This document shows, in pieces, positions 1 to 9,675 of a DNA stretch of 64,000 nt. How positions within the stretch are numbered: position 1 is the first letter of the stretch; the number at the start of each line of letters is the position of its first letter. Origin of the DNA: Kiritimatiellia bacterium (GTDB taxonomy: Bacteria; Verrucomicrobiota; Kiritimatiellia; RFP12; UBA1067); contig JBMNFY010000016.1 of the NCBI GenBank assembly GCA_050949565.1, forward strand, positions 1-64,000, read 5' to 3'. A model generated the notes under the pieces. It was given only the letters and a program-made list of their open reading frames with translations, was not told the origin of the DNA and made no database searches. The position numbers and the translations under genes are program-made.

Positions 1-22
1 TGAATAGCGAATAGTGGGGGCC

Positions 23-202
23 TTGGGATTTCAGGTTTGCTGGTTCCAAGTTTCAGGCATTGTTCGGTTTTTCTCACAGGGGTGCGGAGGCGCAGAGGTT
101 CTGCGTTGCTCTCACCTTCCCAACGCTCCGCAATTCTGACGTTGGGCGTTTCATGTTCTCCACTTCTGCGTTCAGTGTTCGACGTTGGGCGTTCTGCGTT
201 CT
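23..202. repeat. Direct repeat copy 1 (~175 bp composite element)
   Basis: Near-identical to 1047-1220 (shared core tctcacaggggtgcggaggcgcagaggttctgcgttgctctca...ttcatgttctccacttctgcgttc). Confidence 0.9.
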
Positions 203-258
203 CATCGCAGAGGGCATCGTGAACGCCGCCCACAAAACTGATGCGCGAGTTTTGCGGG

Positions 259-287
259 TTGACGGTTTTCACTCTCCCTCGCATAAT
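259..287 (+). promoter_or_regulatory. Putative sigma70 promoter of the OB-fold gene
   Basis: TTGACG-N17-CATAAT upstream of ATG 349. Confidence 0.55.
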
Positions 288-348
288 GGGTGCCATCGTG
301 GGTGTCGGTGCGTTGTTGAGTGCCTTGTGGATGATGGCGGTGGAATAG

Positions 349-1032
349 ATGAATAAAGAAAACGAGAGACCTGAGAAGCCGGAGTGGCCGAAGAAGCCGG
401 AGAGGACGCCGGAAGATGTTATCGCGATTGCGTACCTCGACAAGCTGCGGCGTGGCGAGGGCGAGACGATGCCGACGGCGCTGCCGCTCGCGTGTATCGT
501 CAGGGTGGTCGCCTACAAGGAGATTCCGAAGGCGAATGAAAGGTATGCGCTGGTGACAGTGCGCGGTTCGCTCGGGATCTCGTGGAAGATGTGCGTCAAC
601 CGCAACTATCTTAAAAAGGGCATGAACGCACTCTTCGTCGCGAAAGGCGCCGCGATGCCCGAAGAGGCGCGTTACCGTCATCCCGAGGCCGCGAAGGTGA
701 AGGTGCGCGTATTCAGGTTCGGTCCGGGCATCAAGGAGCGGCGGCTTCTGCCGATTGTCAACCGGACTATCTATCACTTCAACAACGGGCTCCTCTATCC
801 GCTCGACGACTTCCCGGAATTAAGGAGGATGCGCGAGGGCACGATCTGTGCCGCGGAGCTCCGAATCGACAGCCTGAAAGAGTTGCATGCGCGTGTCGCC
901 GCGCCGAAGCCAAAGCAGAAGAAAAAAGCTGCACCCGCGCCGGAGGCGAAACCGGACGCCGCCGAGGGGTTCATTGCCAAGGTGCGCCGCCGCTACATCC
1001 GCGCCTGGAGGGCTGAGGAAAGTGAGGAGTGA
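349..1032 (+). CDS. Stand-alone OB-fold/tRNA-binding-like protein resembling the N-terminal domain of DRB0094-type RNA ligases
   Basis: LACIVRVVAYKEIPKAN..ALVTV..WKMCV..KKG.NALFV..GAAMP..GLLYPL pattern parallels the RNA-ligase/PheT-like OB domain; no KxDG ligase motif seen. Confidence 0.55.
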   Translation: MNKENERPEKPEWPKKPERTPEDVIAIAYLDKLRRGEGETMPTALPLACIVRVVAYKEIPKANERYALVTVRGSLGISWKMCVNRNYLKKGMNALFVAKGAAMPEEARYRHPEAAKVKVRVFRFGPGIKERRLLPIVNRTIYHFNNGLLYPLDDFPELRRMREGTICAAELRIDSLKELHARVAAPKPKQKKKAAPAPEAKPDAAEGFIAKVRRRYIRAWRAEESEE

Positions 1033-1046
1033 GTAACGGGGCGGCT

Positions 1047-1220
1047 TTGGGTTTCAGGTTTCTGGTCCCAAGTTTTATTGTTCGGTTTTTCTCACAGGGG
1101 TGCGGAGGCGCAGAGGTTCTGCGTTGCTCTCATCTTCCCAACGTTCCGCAATTCTGACACTGAACGTTTCATGTTCTCCACTTCTGCGTTCTGTGTTCGA
1201 CGTTGAGCGTTCTGCGTTCT
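1047..1220. repeat. Direct repeat copy 2
   Basis: Near-identical to 23-202. Confidence 0.9.
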
Positions 1221-1249
1221 TCTCCTGCTTGAACAGATACATGCGTCGG

Positions 1250-1357
1250 CCTTTTTCATGACACGCTGCTGCGGGCGAGGACGCCCGCAGTCCCGACTCG
1301 CCGTGCCTCTTTTCTCCAGAAACTCATGATCTTCGCGCGTCTCTGTCACTAACCGAG
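1250..1357. repeat. REP/MITE-like element, homologous to ~49880-49987
   Basis: gacacg..tgcgggcgaggacgcccgc..tcccgactc...ccagaaa..catga.cttcgc...ctaaccga shared; palindrome gcgggcg-agga-cgcccgc. Confidence 0.75.
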
Positions 1358-1395
1358 GCTCTTACAAAACCTCTTGCTTGCGGGTGCGGCACGGA

Positions 1396-2541
1396 TCAGG
1401 GCACCGCCGGTAGCGCGTTGGCCACGGAAAACCGGTAGGATGTCGCACGACGGAAGGTCTGGCCGGGACGCAGGATGACCGACGGGAAGTTCGGATGATT
1501 GACGGCATCCGGAAAGTGCTGCGTCTCAAAGCAGACGGTGTTGTGCTTTTGATCCGGCGTTGCCGCTACTGGCTTGCCGTTGCGGAAGTAACGTTTTCCC
1601 GTGTAGAGCTGCATGCCGGGCTGGTCGGTGTAGACGTGCATCAGACGGCCGCTGCGCGGTTCGTAGCACCACGCCGCGCATGCGAAGCTCTGACCACCGT
1701 TGCGCAAAACGTAGTTGTGGTCGTACCCTTTGGTTGACGTAAGCGCCTCAATCCGCGCGCCGATCGCGGTCGGCGCGCTGAAATCCAGCGGAGTTCCCGT
1801 GACGGGCGCGTACTCACCGGTGGGGATCAGTTCGGCATCGGCTGCCGTGATACGATCGGCGTCGATCCAAACCTGGTGGTCCCACACGTCCCCTTCGCCT
1901 GCAAGATTGAAGTAAGCGTGGTTGGTGAAGTTGACCGGCGTGGGTTTGTCGGTAGTCGCCGTATAGTCGATGCGCAACTCGTTGTCATCGTTCAACGTGT
2001 AGGTGACGGTCACATTGAGCGTGCCGGGGAACCCCTCGTCGCCGTCTGGACTGCGCAGGCTGAAGCGCACGGCGGTAGCGTTCGGGATGGCGGGCAATAC
2101 CTCGCCGCGCCACACCTTGCGCGCAAACCCGTTGCGACCGCCGTGGAGCTGGTGCTGGCCGGCATTGGCTGTCACGCGGAACTCGCGGCCGTCCAATGTG
2201 AAGCGCGCGTTCGCGATGCGATTGGCGACGCGTCCCATGACTGAGGCCGCCGCACTGAAACCTTTGAGGTATGTGTCGAGCGACTCCGCGCCCATAACGA
2301 CATTGGCGAACCTTCCATCACGGTCGGGCACGCGCAGTTCGGTGATCGTCGCGCCGTATCCTATGACACGCGCTACCATGCCGTGTGCGTTGCGTAGTGT
2401 GTAGAGTTGCACCTCTTCGCCTGCGGGCGTGCTCCCGAACGACTGCTCTTCGATGCGTTGCAGGGGAATAGCTCCGAGTTGTGAAGCGAAAAGAAAAATC
2501 AGTCCGAAACAAACCCCGTGTAACCACTCCTTTTTCAACAT
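1396..2541 (-). CDS. galM: Aldose 1-epimerase (galactose mutarotase) with signal peptide
   Basis: GRVANRIA, HQLHGG, NFTNHAYFNL, GYDHNY, CFETQHFPDAVN motifs; start reassigned to ATG 2541 (MLKKEWLHGVCFGLIFLFASQLGA). Confidence 0.92.
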   Translation of the reverse strand: MLKKEWLHGVCFGLIFLFASQLGAIPLQRIEEQSFGSTPAGEEVQLYTLRNAHGMVARVIGYGATITELRVPDRDGRFANVVMGAESLDTYLKGFSAAASVMGRVANRIANARFTLDGREFRVTANAGQHQLHGGRNGFARKVWRGEVLPAIPNATAVRFSLRSPDGDEGFPGTLNVTVTYTLNDDNELRIDYTATTDKPTPVNFTNHAYFNLAGEGDVWDHQVWIDADRITAADAELIPTGEYAPVTGTPLDFSAPTAIGARIEALTSTKGYDHNYVLRNGGQSFACAAWCYEPRSGRLMHVYTDQPGMQLYTGKRYFRNGKPVAATPDQKHNTVCFETQHFPDAVNHPNFPSVILRPGQTFRRATSYRFSVANALPAVP

Positions 2542-2559
2542 GACACCGTTTCCTTTTTT

Positions 2560-2640
2560 TAACGCAGAGGCGCAGAGACGCAGAGAGTTTCTACGGGGTG
2601 GCGGCGTGGCCGCCGCCGGGCAAGTGACACTTGCCCCTCC
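2560..2640. repeat. Composite repeat: 9-nt periodic module plus REP hairpin
   Basis: tttaacgcagaggcgcagagacgcagag then tggccgccgccgggcaagtgacacttgc (28 bp identical to 4283-4310). Confidence 0.8.
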
Positions 2641-2869
2641 CGGCGCTTCGCAGTGAATCCTGAAAACCTGAACCTGAGCAAAGACGCAAGACAAGAGACG
2701 CGATGCGGCGTTATTGTTCATGGTTAACCTTTGGGCTGGATTGGATGCGGCATAAACATCATCCGAAATCCGTTATGGGGACATGATGACGGAAGGGAGG
2801 GGACAAGGCAAGAGTAAACGTGCGGTAGATACTTGCCCCTGCACCGTCTCTCGTGGTATTACTGACATC

Positions 2870-4144
2870 ATGGATTCCGAAACCACCGCCCTGTCAGATC
2901 TAACTGGACTTCGCATGCTGATCGTATGCGTACGCGACGCCCTGCACGATCGGCCGCTGTCGGTCGACACAGACGAGCCATTGTGGCCGCTGCTCGATCG
3001 TACGGCGTGCAAACAAGGCGTAGACGCCTTTCTCTTCCCGTGGCTGGCAGCCCATTTTCCCGAGCATTTCACCACGTCGTCCGCCCTGCCCGACAGCGTG
3101 CCGGGCGCGTGGCGCATGCGTGCCTTGCGGGAACTACAGCGCGCAACACTGCGGCATCGCCAACTTGCCGAGTTGGCGGCGGGCTTTGAACGCGCTGGCC
3201 TGGATCTGGTCATGCTGAAAGGTGCTTGGCTTGCCGAGTCGGTGTACGCGAATCCGGCATTGCGGAGCATGAGCGATATCGATGTACTGATCCGTGCCGA
3301 CCAGCGCGACCGCAGTCATGCCGTGATGCTGCAACTTGGCTACACCGCTACCGCCGACACGCTGCGCAACCGCTTTGCCTGCGCTCAAGGCTACCGCCAC
3401 CCCCAGCACCTTTACACCGTAGAGATGCACTGGGACGTGTTCAGCAAGCTGGAGGCCGACTCACCAGAAGCGGACATGGCAGCGATATGGTGGTATGTCG
3501 AACCAGTACGGCTTTACGGTTCTCCCTGTTTCGCCTTGTCAATTCCCGACCAACTCGCACACCTTGTACACCGCATGCTGCACCATCTGTTTGCAATTCC
3601 GCTACGTTCTTATCTGGATGTCGCGCTGCTCATGCGTACGCGAGGCGATGCGCTCACGCCCGAAGCAATCACCGCCGCAGGCGCACGCTGGCAAATTGGA
3701 ACGGCTATCCCGTTCGTTTTACGTTTCACTGCGGAACTCTTTGACGTGCCTCTGCCCGCTACCCTGGCGAAAGACGTGCCGTATATCGACGCGTTTTGGC
3801 GTAACGCCGCGATTCACGCCCTCGCATACTTGCCACGCGGGTCAGAACGTGGGGCAGAATCGACGACGCTCAGCTATCGCCAAGCCGGCTTGTTTGGGCG
3901 CGCTCGACTGGCACTGAGTCGTATCTTTATGCCCAGAGCGTTTCTGGCCGAACGCTACCCCTGTGCGCGCGTACTGGCGGGCGTGCCGTGGGCTTGGGTC
4001 CGCCGAGCACGCGACCTGCGCCGAACCCACCGCGCCACCCTCATCGCACTAGACGTCGACGCCTCGCTGGAACAGCAGTGGCCCAATACTGCCGCCGTTC
4101 GCGCGGCTCTCGCCAACAACCTACGCAAACCTAAAAAGAGTTGA
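2870..4144 (+). CDS. Nucleotidyltransferase family protein (NTP_transf_5-like)
   Basis: MLKGAWLAESVYANPALRSMSDIDVLI and VEMHW motifs; start taken at ATG 2870. Confidence 0.85.
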   Translation: MDSETTALSDLTGLRMLIVCVRDALHDRPLSVDTDEPLWPLLDRTACKQGVDAFLFPWLAAHFPEHFTTSSALPDSVPGAWRMRALRELQRATLRHRQLAELAAGFERAGLDLVMLKGAWLAESVYANPALRSMSDIDVLIRADQRDRSHAVMLQLGYTATADTLRNRFACAQGYRHPQHLYTVEMHWDVFSKLEADSPEADMAAIWWYVEPVRLYGSPCFALSIPDQLAHLVHRMLHHLFAIPLRSYLDVALLMRTRGDALTPEAITAAGARWQIGTAIPFVLRFTAELFDVPLPATLAKDVPYIDAFWRNAAIHALAYLPRGSERGAESTTLSYRQAGLFGRARLALSRIFMPRAFLAERYPCARVLAGVPWAWVRRARDLRRTHRATLIALDVDASLEQQWPNTAAVRAALANNLRKPKKS

Positions 4145-4282
4145 GTCTTGTAAACCACGCTTCACAGCGCCTAGGGTGCTGTGAAACTGGTCATCACCTC
4201 AATCGTCATTCACCCGCTCCCAAAACCGCCAAAGCGGTCATTGCCTGTCCCACGGAAGTAGGCCGGAACTCACCGTTTACGC

Positions 4283-4310
4283 TGGCCGCCGCCGGGCAAG
4301 TGACACTTGC
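4283..4310. repeat. REP-like hairpin repeat
   Basis: Identical to 2607-2634; palindrome gcaagtg-a-cacttgc. Confidence 0.8.
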
Positions 4311-4530
4311 GCGGTCCCCCTCCCGGTCACAAGACGGTTGACGTGATTCGGCTTTTCGGGGACAATTTGCCCCCGTTGTGACCGCCTTGTGCATGGGGCG
4401 GACGGGGCGGCGGTTTTGCGCCGCGTCAGGAGTAGGAGTGGAAGTGTGAAGTCGGTGTCTGCTGACGTTGCGCTACACGGAGGGAATAGCGAACTCCAAA
4501 AATATCAAGCATCAGATAAGAGGGCGAAAT

Positions 4531-7500
4531 ATGTTGGCAATCGATTCCGGCTTTTATCCGCGTGTCTCTCGAAGCGGCTTGCTGCGCCGCGCGGGCGCGT
4601 GCGTGTTTCTTGCGCTGGCGCTGGCCGGCGCACCCTTGGTGGCCGAGGCGATCACGATCACGCGGACCTCTGGGGCGATTCTGTAGACGGACATCCCGAA
4701 CGGGCTCTCATGCGGTTTTGTCTCGTACATCATTCGCAATGACACGGATGTGCCGTACTCCAACATCTGGGTTCAAGTGGAGGATTTCACGGGCAATATC
4801 GTCTCGCTGGCCGGCGGGGACAACGGGTTGTACCACGTCGATGATCTTCCGCCGGGGGCGTACAAGACCGTCTACTTTTATCTGGGCGCTTCGGCGGTCA
4901 CCACGCAGCCGCAGAGCCACACGGTAAAAGTGTATGAAGGATACCCAGAGGGCGGTACGCTGGTCGCCAACCAGACCTTCTCCCTGACTGTGGCCACGAC
5001 AGGTGAAAACAACTCCAGCAAGGTCTATACCGTGACCTACGGCCCGAACCCGCCGACGGTCGGCGGCACGGTGTTGGTGGAGGTAACAGGCGATGCGGGC
5101 AACGTAAAGACGGGCGATCTGATCAACTTCAGCCCGGCGGTTTTCAGCACCTGGAACGCGGGGGCCTTCCAGCTTTGCGACGTCTCGCTGGTGCTAAAGA
5201 ATAAAAACAGTCAGACACAGACGATCTCCGACTATCTGCAACTGCCGGCGGATGTGGTACAGTGGTCCAACGGCGAGATCACCTATACCGCCTACTATAC
5301 GTTCAGGGCGCTGGTCGAGACCGCGCAAAGCACGCCGGTCAGCCCGATGACCTATGCCTCGCAGAATAATAAAAGTTCGCATCCGAGCACTTCGGGCTAT
5401 GGCCTTTTCCAGCCAATCCAGTCGCCGACCAATACCACGACACTCGCCAAGCTGGCCAACGTCACGCGGGCCTATACCAATGAGATCGTGACCTATACCG
5501 TGCGCTTCACCAACAGCGGGCCGAACGATATGGCGATCGACCGTGTTGTCGATACCCTGCCGCCGCACATGGCGTACATACCGGGCAGTTCGCAGTTGAA
5601 CGGGGTGACGATGCTTGATCCGTCGATCAGCGGAACGCGGCTGGTCTGGTCGGAGACCGAGCATGTTCCGGCCAACAGTACCGTCGACTTCACCTTTCAG
5701 GCGCGGGCGATGATTGCGGGGGTAACGACCAACAGTGTGGTGGCCTACGTGGGTGGAACAAGCACGATCATCGACACGACCCTCAGCACAAGCGACAATG
5801 TGCCGGGGGAAGCGATCGTGCGCACGCTGTTGCCGCCTACGGCGGTCGATGACAATGTCTCAATGGTGGAGTGTATGGGACCGTCCCGCGCCGGGAGTGA
5901 TGAACAACGACAGCGACCTGAACGGCTTTGACATCGCCGTGGTCGCCCACACCCAGCCCGCGCACGGCACGCTTGTACTGAATGCCGACGGTTCCTACAC
6001 CTACACACCTGAGCCGGATTACTACGGTAGCGACAGCTTTACCTACACGATCACGAACTTCAACGGGCGCGCGGACACCGCCACGGTGTATCTGACGGTG
6101 CTGCCGGTGAACGACGCGCCGGGCTTCACGGGAGGTGCTGACCAGAATCTGACGGTGGGAGCGGGCGCACAGACCGTGCCCGCGTGGGCCACAAACATCA
6201 GCAAAGGCCCGGCGAATGAAAGCGGGCAGACGCTGACCTTTCATGTAACGAACAACAACGCCGCACTCTTCTCCGTACCGCCGGCCATCTCCGCCGACGG
6301 CACGTTGACCTATACGCCCGCGCCGAACATGAGCGGCATCGCCACCGTCACGGTCTATCTCCAGGATGACGGCGGCAGAGCCAACGGCGGCGAAGACCGC
6401 AGTGCGGAGTACACCTTCACGATCAACGTGGCCGGCTACAGCATCGGCGACTTTGTCTGGGAGGATCTGAACGGCAACGGCGTGCAGGATTCCGGCGAGC
6501 CGGGATTGTCTAACGTGGTGGTGCGCCTGCTGGATGTCCACGGCACAGAAGTGGCCACCACGCTGACCGACGTCAATGGCATGTATCTCTTCAGCGAACA
6601 ACTCCCCGGCGCCTATGTGCTGGATGTCGCGGCACCGGCTGGCTACGAGCCCACGCGCTACCAGCAGGGCGATGACCCTGCACTTGACAATGACATCAAT
6701 CCGTTGACTGGGCTCAGCGATCTGGTCATGCTGACAGCCGGACAGACGAACCTCACGGCAGACGCGGGCTTTGTTGTGCCCGCCGTGGTCAGAGGATATG
6801 TCTTCCGAGACAATAATGGCGACATGCTGCGCAACATAGGCGATTCGACGCTCACCAACGTGCTCGTATGCCTGATGGTGGATGGCTACGTTGTGGCCTC
6901 GACCAACACCGATGCGGTCGGCTACTACGAGTTCAGCTCAGTGATGCCGGGCGTCGTGTCGGTACTGGTCTCGCGGGTGGATGCGACGCTGGTTGGCGTG
7001 CCGGACACCCATGACGAGCGGCGTAACCGGGCGATCCCCGACCTTGAAGGACTTGATGCCGTGATCGTTCATACCGTGCTCTCCGGCGAAGGGGTACGGG
7101 ACGGACAGCCCGCCGAGACGCTGAACTTCGGCTTCTCGGACTATCCGCTGTCGACCGCGATCGACATCCGCCTGCACGCCACGGCGGAGGGCGTGATGAT
7201 CCAGTTGTGGACGGTGAACGAGGCCGGATGGGACGACATCGTGATCTATGCCTGGATCGACAACGACTGGGTCGAGGTCGGACGCGTGCCCGGCGAGTTC
7301 GTCGTGGGTGAGGGCGCGAACGCCTACTCCGTCGTTGCAAACGGACTGGCGGCGGGCGGCGCGTACTACATCAAGGTGATCGACGAAGTCGGTAACGTGC
7401 ATCTCTCGCTGACGCCGGTGGCGGTCGATGCCCTGCAGGTGGACGCGGTCAAGCTTGATTTGCAGTATGTCACGCTGCGCTTCAACACAGAGTCTGGCCG

Positions 7501-7693
7501 GAGCTATCAGGTCGAGGTCAGCACCGATCTCGTCACTTGGCGGACAGAGTATGTGAGCGCACCGACAGCAAAGGGCTGGACGGCGTTCACGACGGAGCCG
7601 TTCATGGCGGGGGCCGACACCCACACCGAGGTGCGCGTTCCGCGCAACGGCCGTGCGCGTGCGTTCTTCAAGATCAAGTGCGTCGAGCGGTAG
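4531..7693 (+). pseudogene. Secreted surface/adhesin-like protein (DUF11, cadherin/Ig-like, SdrD-B domains), interrupted by in-frame TAG 4684-4686 and a frameshift near 5870-5885
   Basis: Signal peptide; VTYTVRFTNSG..VVDTLP (DUF11); NDSDLNG..HGTLVLNADGSYTYTP (Ig/cadherin); SIGDFVWEDLNGNGVQDSGEPG (SdrD-B); C-terminal YQVEVSTDL..W..FFKI. Confidence 0.8.
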
Positions 7694-7698
7694 GCTCC

Positions 7699-7824
7699 TG
7701 AACCACGGGCAAGATGCCCGTGCCACCTCGCATGAACCACGGGCAAGATGCCCGTGCCACCTCGCATGAACCACGGGCAAGATGCCCGTGCCACCTCTCC
7801 GTGGCATGGGTGTCTCGCCCATGA
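7699..7824. repeat. REP cluster: three tandem 34-bp units plus one inverted copy
   Basis: tgaaccacgggcaagatgcccgtgccacctcgca at 7699, 7733 and 7767, then inverted gtggcatgggtgtctcgcccatga. Confidence 0.92.
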
Positions 7825-7860
7825 AAAAGAATGAGAAGAAAACGTGATAGGGTTGCGAAC

Positions 7861-9582
7861 ATGCGTGTTGGATTCTTACGAATTTTGTTGATCGTTGTTG
7901 CGCTTGGCGTACACGCCGAGGTACAGACGTGGACCGGCGAGGGTGTCCCGGCACCCGAGCCGGTCACGGCGAAGATCACGTTGGGCGCCTACATCTTTCC
8001 CGGCTGGTATCGTGATACGGGACGCGGCGACTACCCGTACCGCACACACGACGAAGACAGCGAGTGGAAGTGGGCCGTCGCCAAGCAGCCCGCCCCGCGC
8101 CCGCTGCTCGGCTTCTATGACGATTCGCTGCCGGAGGTCAACGACTGGCACATCAAGTGGGCACTCGAACACGGCATCTCGTTTTTCGCCTTCGACTGGT
8201 ATTGGAATGCTGGCGAAAAGCGATTGGCGCGTACGCTGGAACAGGGCTTCCTCAAGGCGCGGTATGCCTCGCAGATGAAGTTCTGTGTCCACTGGTGCAA
8301 CCACGCGCTCGACTGGAAGCGTGACGGCAAGCCCGCCCCGCTGGATTTCTCCAAGCCCGCGCTCTTGCAGATGACCGAGCATCTCGCGGATCACTACTTC
8401 AAATTGCCCAACTACCTCACGGTAGACGGCCGCCCCGTGCTCTTGGTCTATGTCCCCGGTGCGCTGATTCAAGCCAACGGCGGTCCGGCGGGATTCCGTG
8501 CTGTCCTTGAAGAGATGAACCGGTTGCTCCGTGCCAAAGGGCTCAAGGATCTCTACTGTGTTGCGCTTGGTGACGGCAGAAACGCCGCAGAGTCCGGCTT
8601 CAGCGCCTTTTCTGCATACGCCTACTACGGCGCAGACCTCGATTCCAAATACGAGTGGAAGCGCGGTTATTCGTTGCCGTATGCCGATATGCTGAAGCAT
8701 TTCGAAACCATGTGGCAGATCTATTCACCCCGGAAAGAACCGCACTACATCGTGCCGGTCGGCTCGAATTGGGACGACCGCCCGCGCGCCCGAAAAAACG
8801 CGACGGTCATCACCGGCAGGACGCCCGACCTTTTTGAACAGCACTGCCGCGCCAGTCTGACCTACATCGATCCGCGCAACAACCTTGCGATCATCGAGGC
8901 TTGGAACGAGTGGGGCGAAGGGAGTTTCATCGAACCCGATGCGGAGTTCGGCTTCGCCTTTCTGGATCGCGTGCGCCGCGTTTACACCGACGCGCCCGAT
9001 GCGCACATCGATCTGGTTCCGAGCGCGTCAAAAGTCATCTCCTTCAGCATGCTCAATCCGGAAGAGCGGGCGGCAGCCAAGGCGCTTGAAAGCCAGCCCT
9101 ATCCCGCTCCACCGCTCGCGCTGCGCACGACGCAGGTGGTTGCGGACGTCCCGCTGCCCGCCGGTTCGCCGCTCAAGGCGTGGGAGTTCGCCGAGAATGC
9201 CGAGGGCTGGTTTGTCCACCAGACAGAGCCGCTCCGGGTTGAGAACGGCGTACTTATCGCACGTGCCACCGGCGACGATCCGCAGATCATCGCGACGGGG
9301 CTCAACATCGACATCGCCGAGATCGACGCCATCGTCTTGCGCATGAGGGCACCGGAGGGGATGCGTACCGGCCAAGGCTTTTGGGCCACCGACAAAGAAC
9401 CCGCGCTTAGCGGATCCAAGGCGTTCGGTATCGGTCTCAAATCCGACGGCGAGTGGCACACATATCGCATCACCAAGACGCTCGACGCTACATGGTGCGG
9501 CAAGTTGCGTACACTGCGCTTTGACTTCGGCACCGCCGGGGATACAGTGGAAGTGGACTGGATCAGGATCTACAAAAAATAA
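7861..9582 (+). CDS. Secreted GH99-like/WbsX-family glycoside hydrolase with C-terminal beta-sandwich (CBM-like)
   Basis: Signal peptide; PLLGFYD, HIKWALEHGISFFAFDWYW, AWNEWGEGSFIEPD. Confidence 0.8.
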   Translation: MRVGFLRILLIVVALGVHAEVQTWTGEGVPAPEPVTAKITLGAYIFPGWYRDTGRGDYPYRTHDEDSEWKWAVAKQPAPRPLLGFYDDSLPEVNDWHIKWALEHGISFFAFDWYWNAGEKRLARTLEQGFLKARYASQMKFCVHWCNHALDWKRDGKPAPLDFSKPALLQMTEHLADHYFKLPNYLTVDGRPVLLVYVPGALIQANGGPAGFRAVLEEMNRLLRAKGLKDLYCVALGDGRNAAESGFSAFSAYAYYGADLDSKYEWKRGYSLPYADMLKHFETMWQIYSPRKEPHYIVPVGSNWDDRPRARKNATVITGRTPDLFEQHCRASLTYIDPRNNLAIIEAWNEWGEGSFIEPDAEFGFAFLDRVRRVYTDAPDAHIDLVPSASKVISFSMLNPEERAAAKALESQPYPAPPLALRTTQVVADVPLPAGSPLKAWEFAENAEGWFVHQTEPLRVENGVLIARATGDDPQIIATGLNIDIAEIDAIVLRMRAPEGMRTGQGFWATDKEPALSGSKAFGIGLKSDGEWHTYRITKTLDATWCGKLRTLRFDFGTAGDTVEVDWIRIYKK

Positions 9583-9675
9583 ACGATCGAATGGGCAGAA
9601 AAATTAGGTGCTGTGCAGTGAATAACGAATAGTGAAAGTAAGAGGTAATGGGTAAGAAGTGGGACACTTCTCTCC

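Noticed and set aside
2783-4530. Lasso peptide/RiPP cluster around the nucleotidyltransferase
   Set aside because: No cyclase, B1/B2 protein, kinase or plausible precursor peptide is present.
7699-7800. CRISPR array
   Set aside because: The units are contiguous with no unique spacers and there are no cas genes; this fits a REP tandem.
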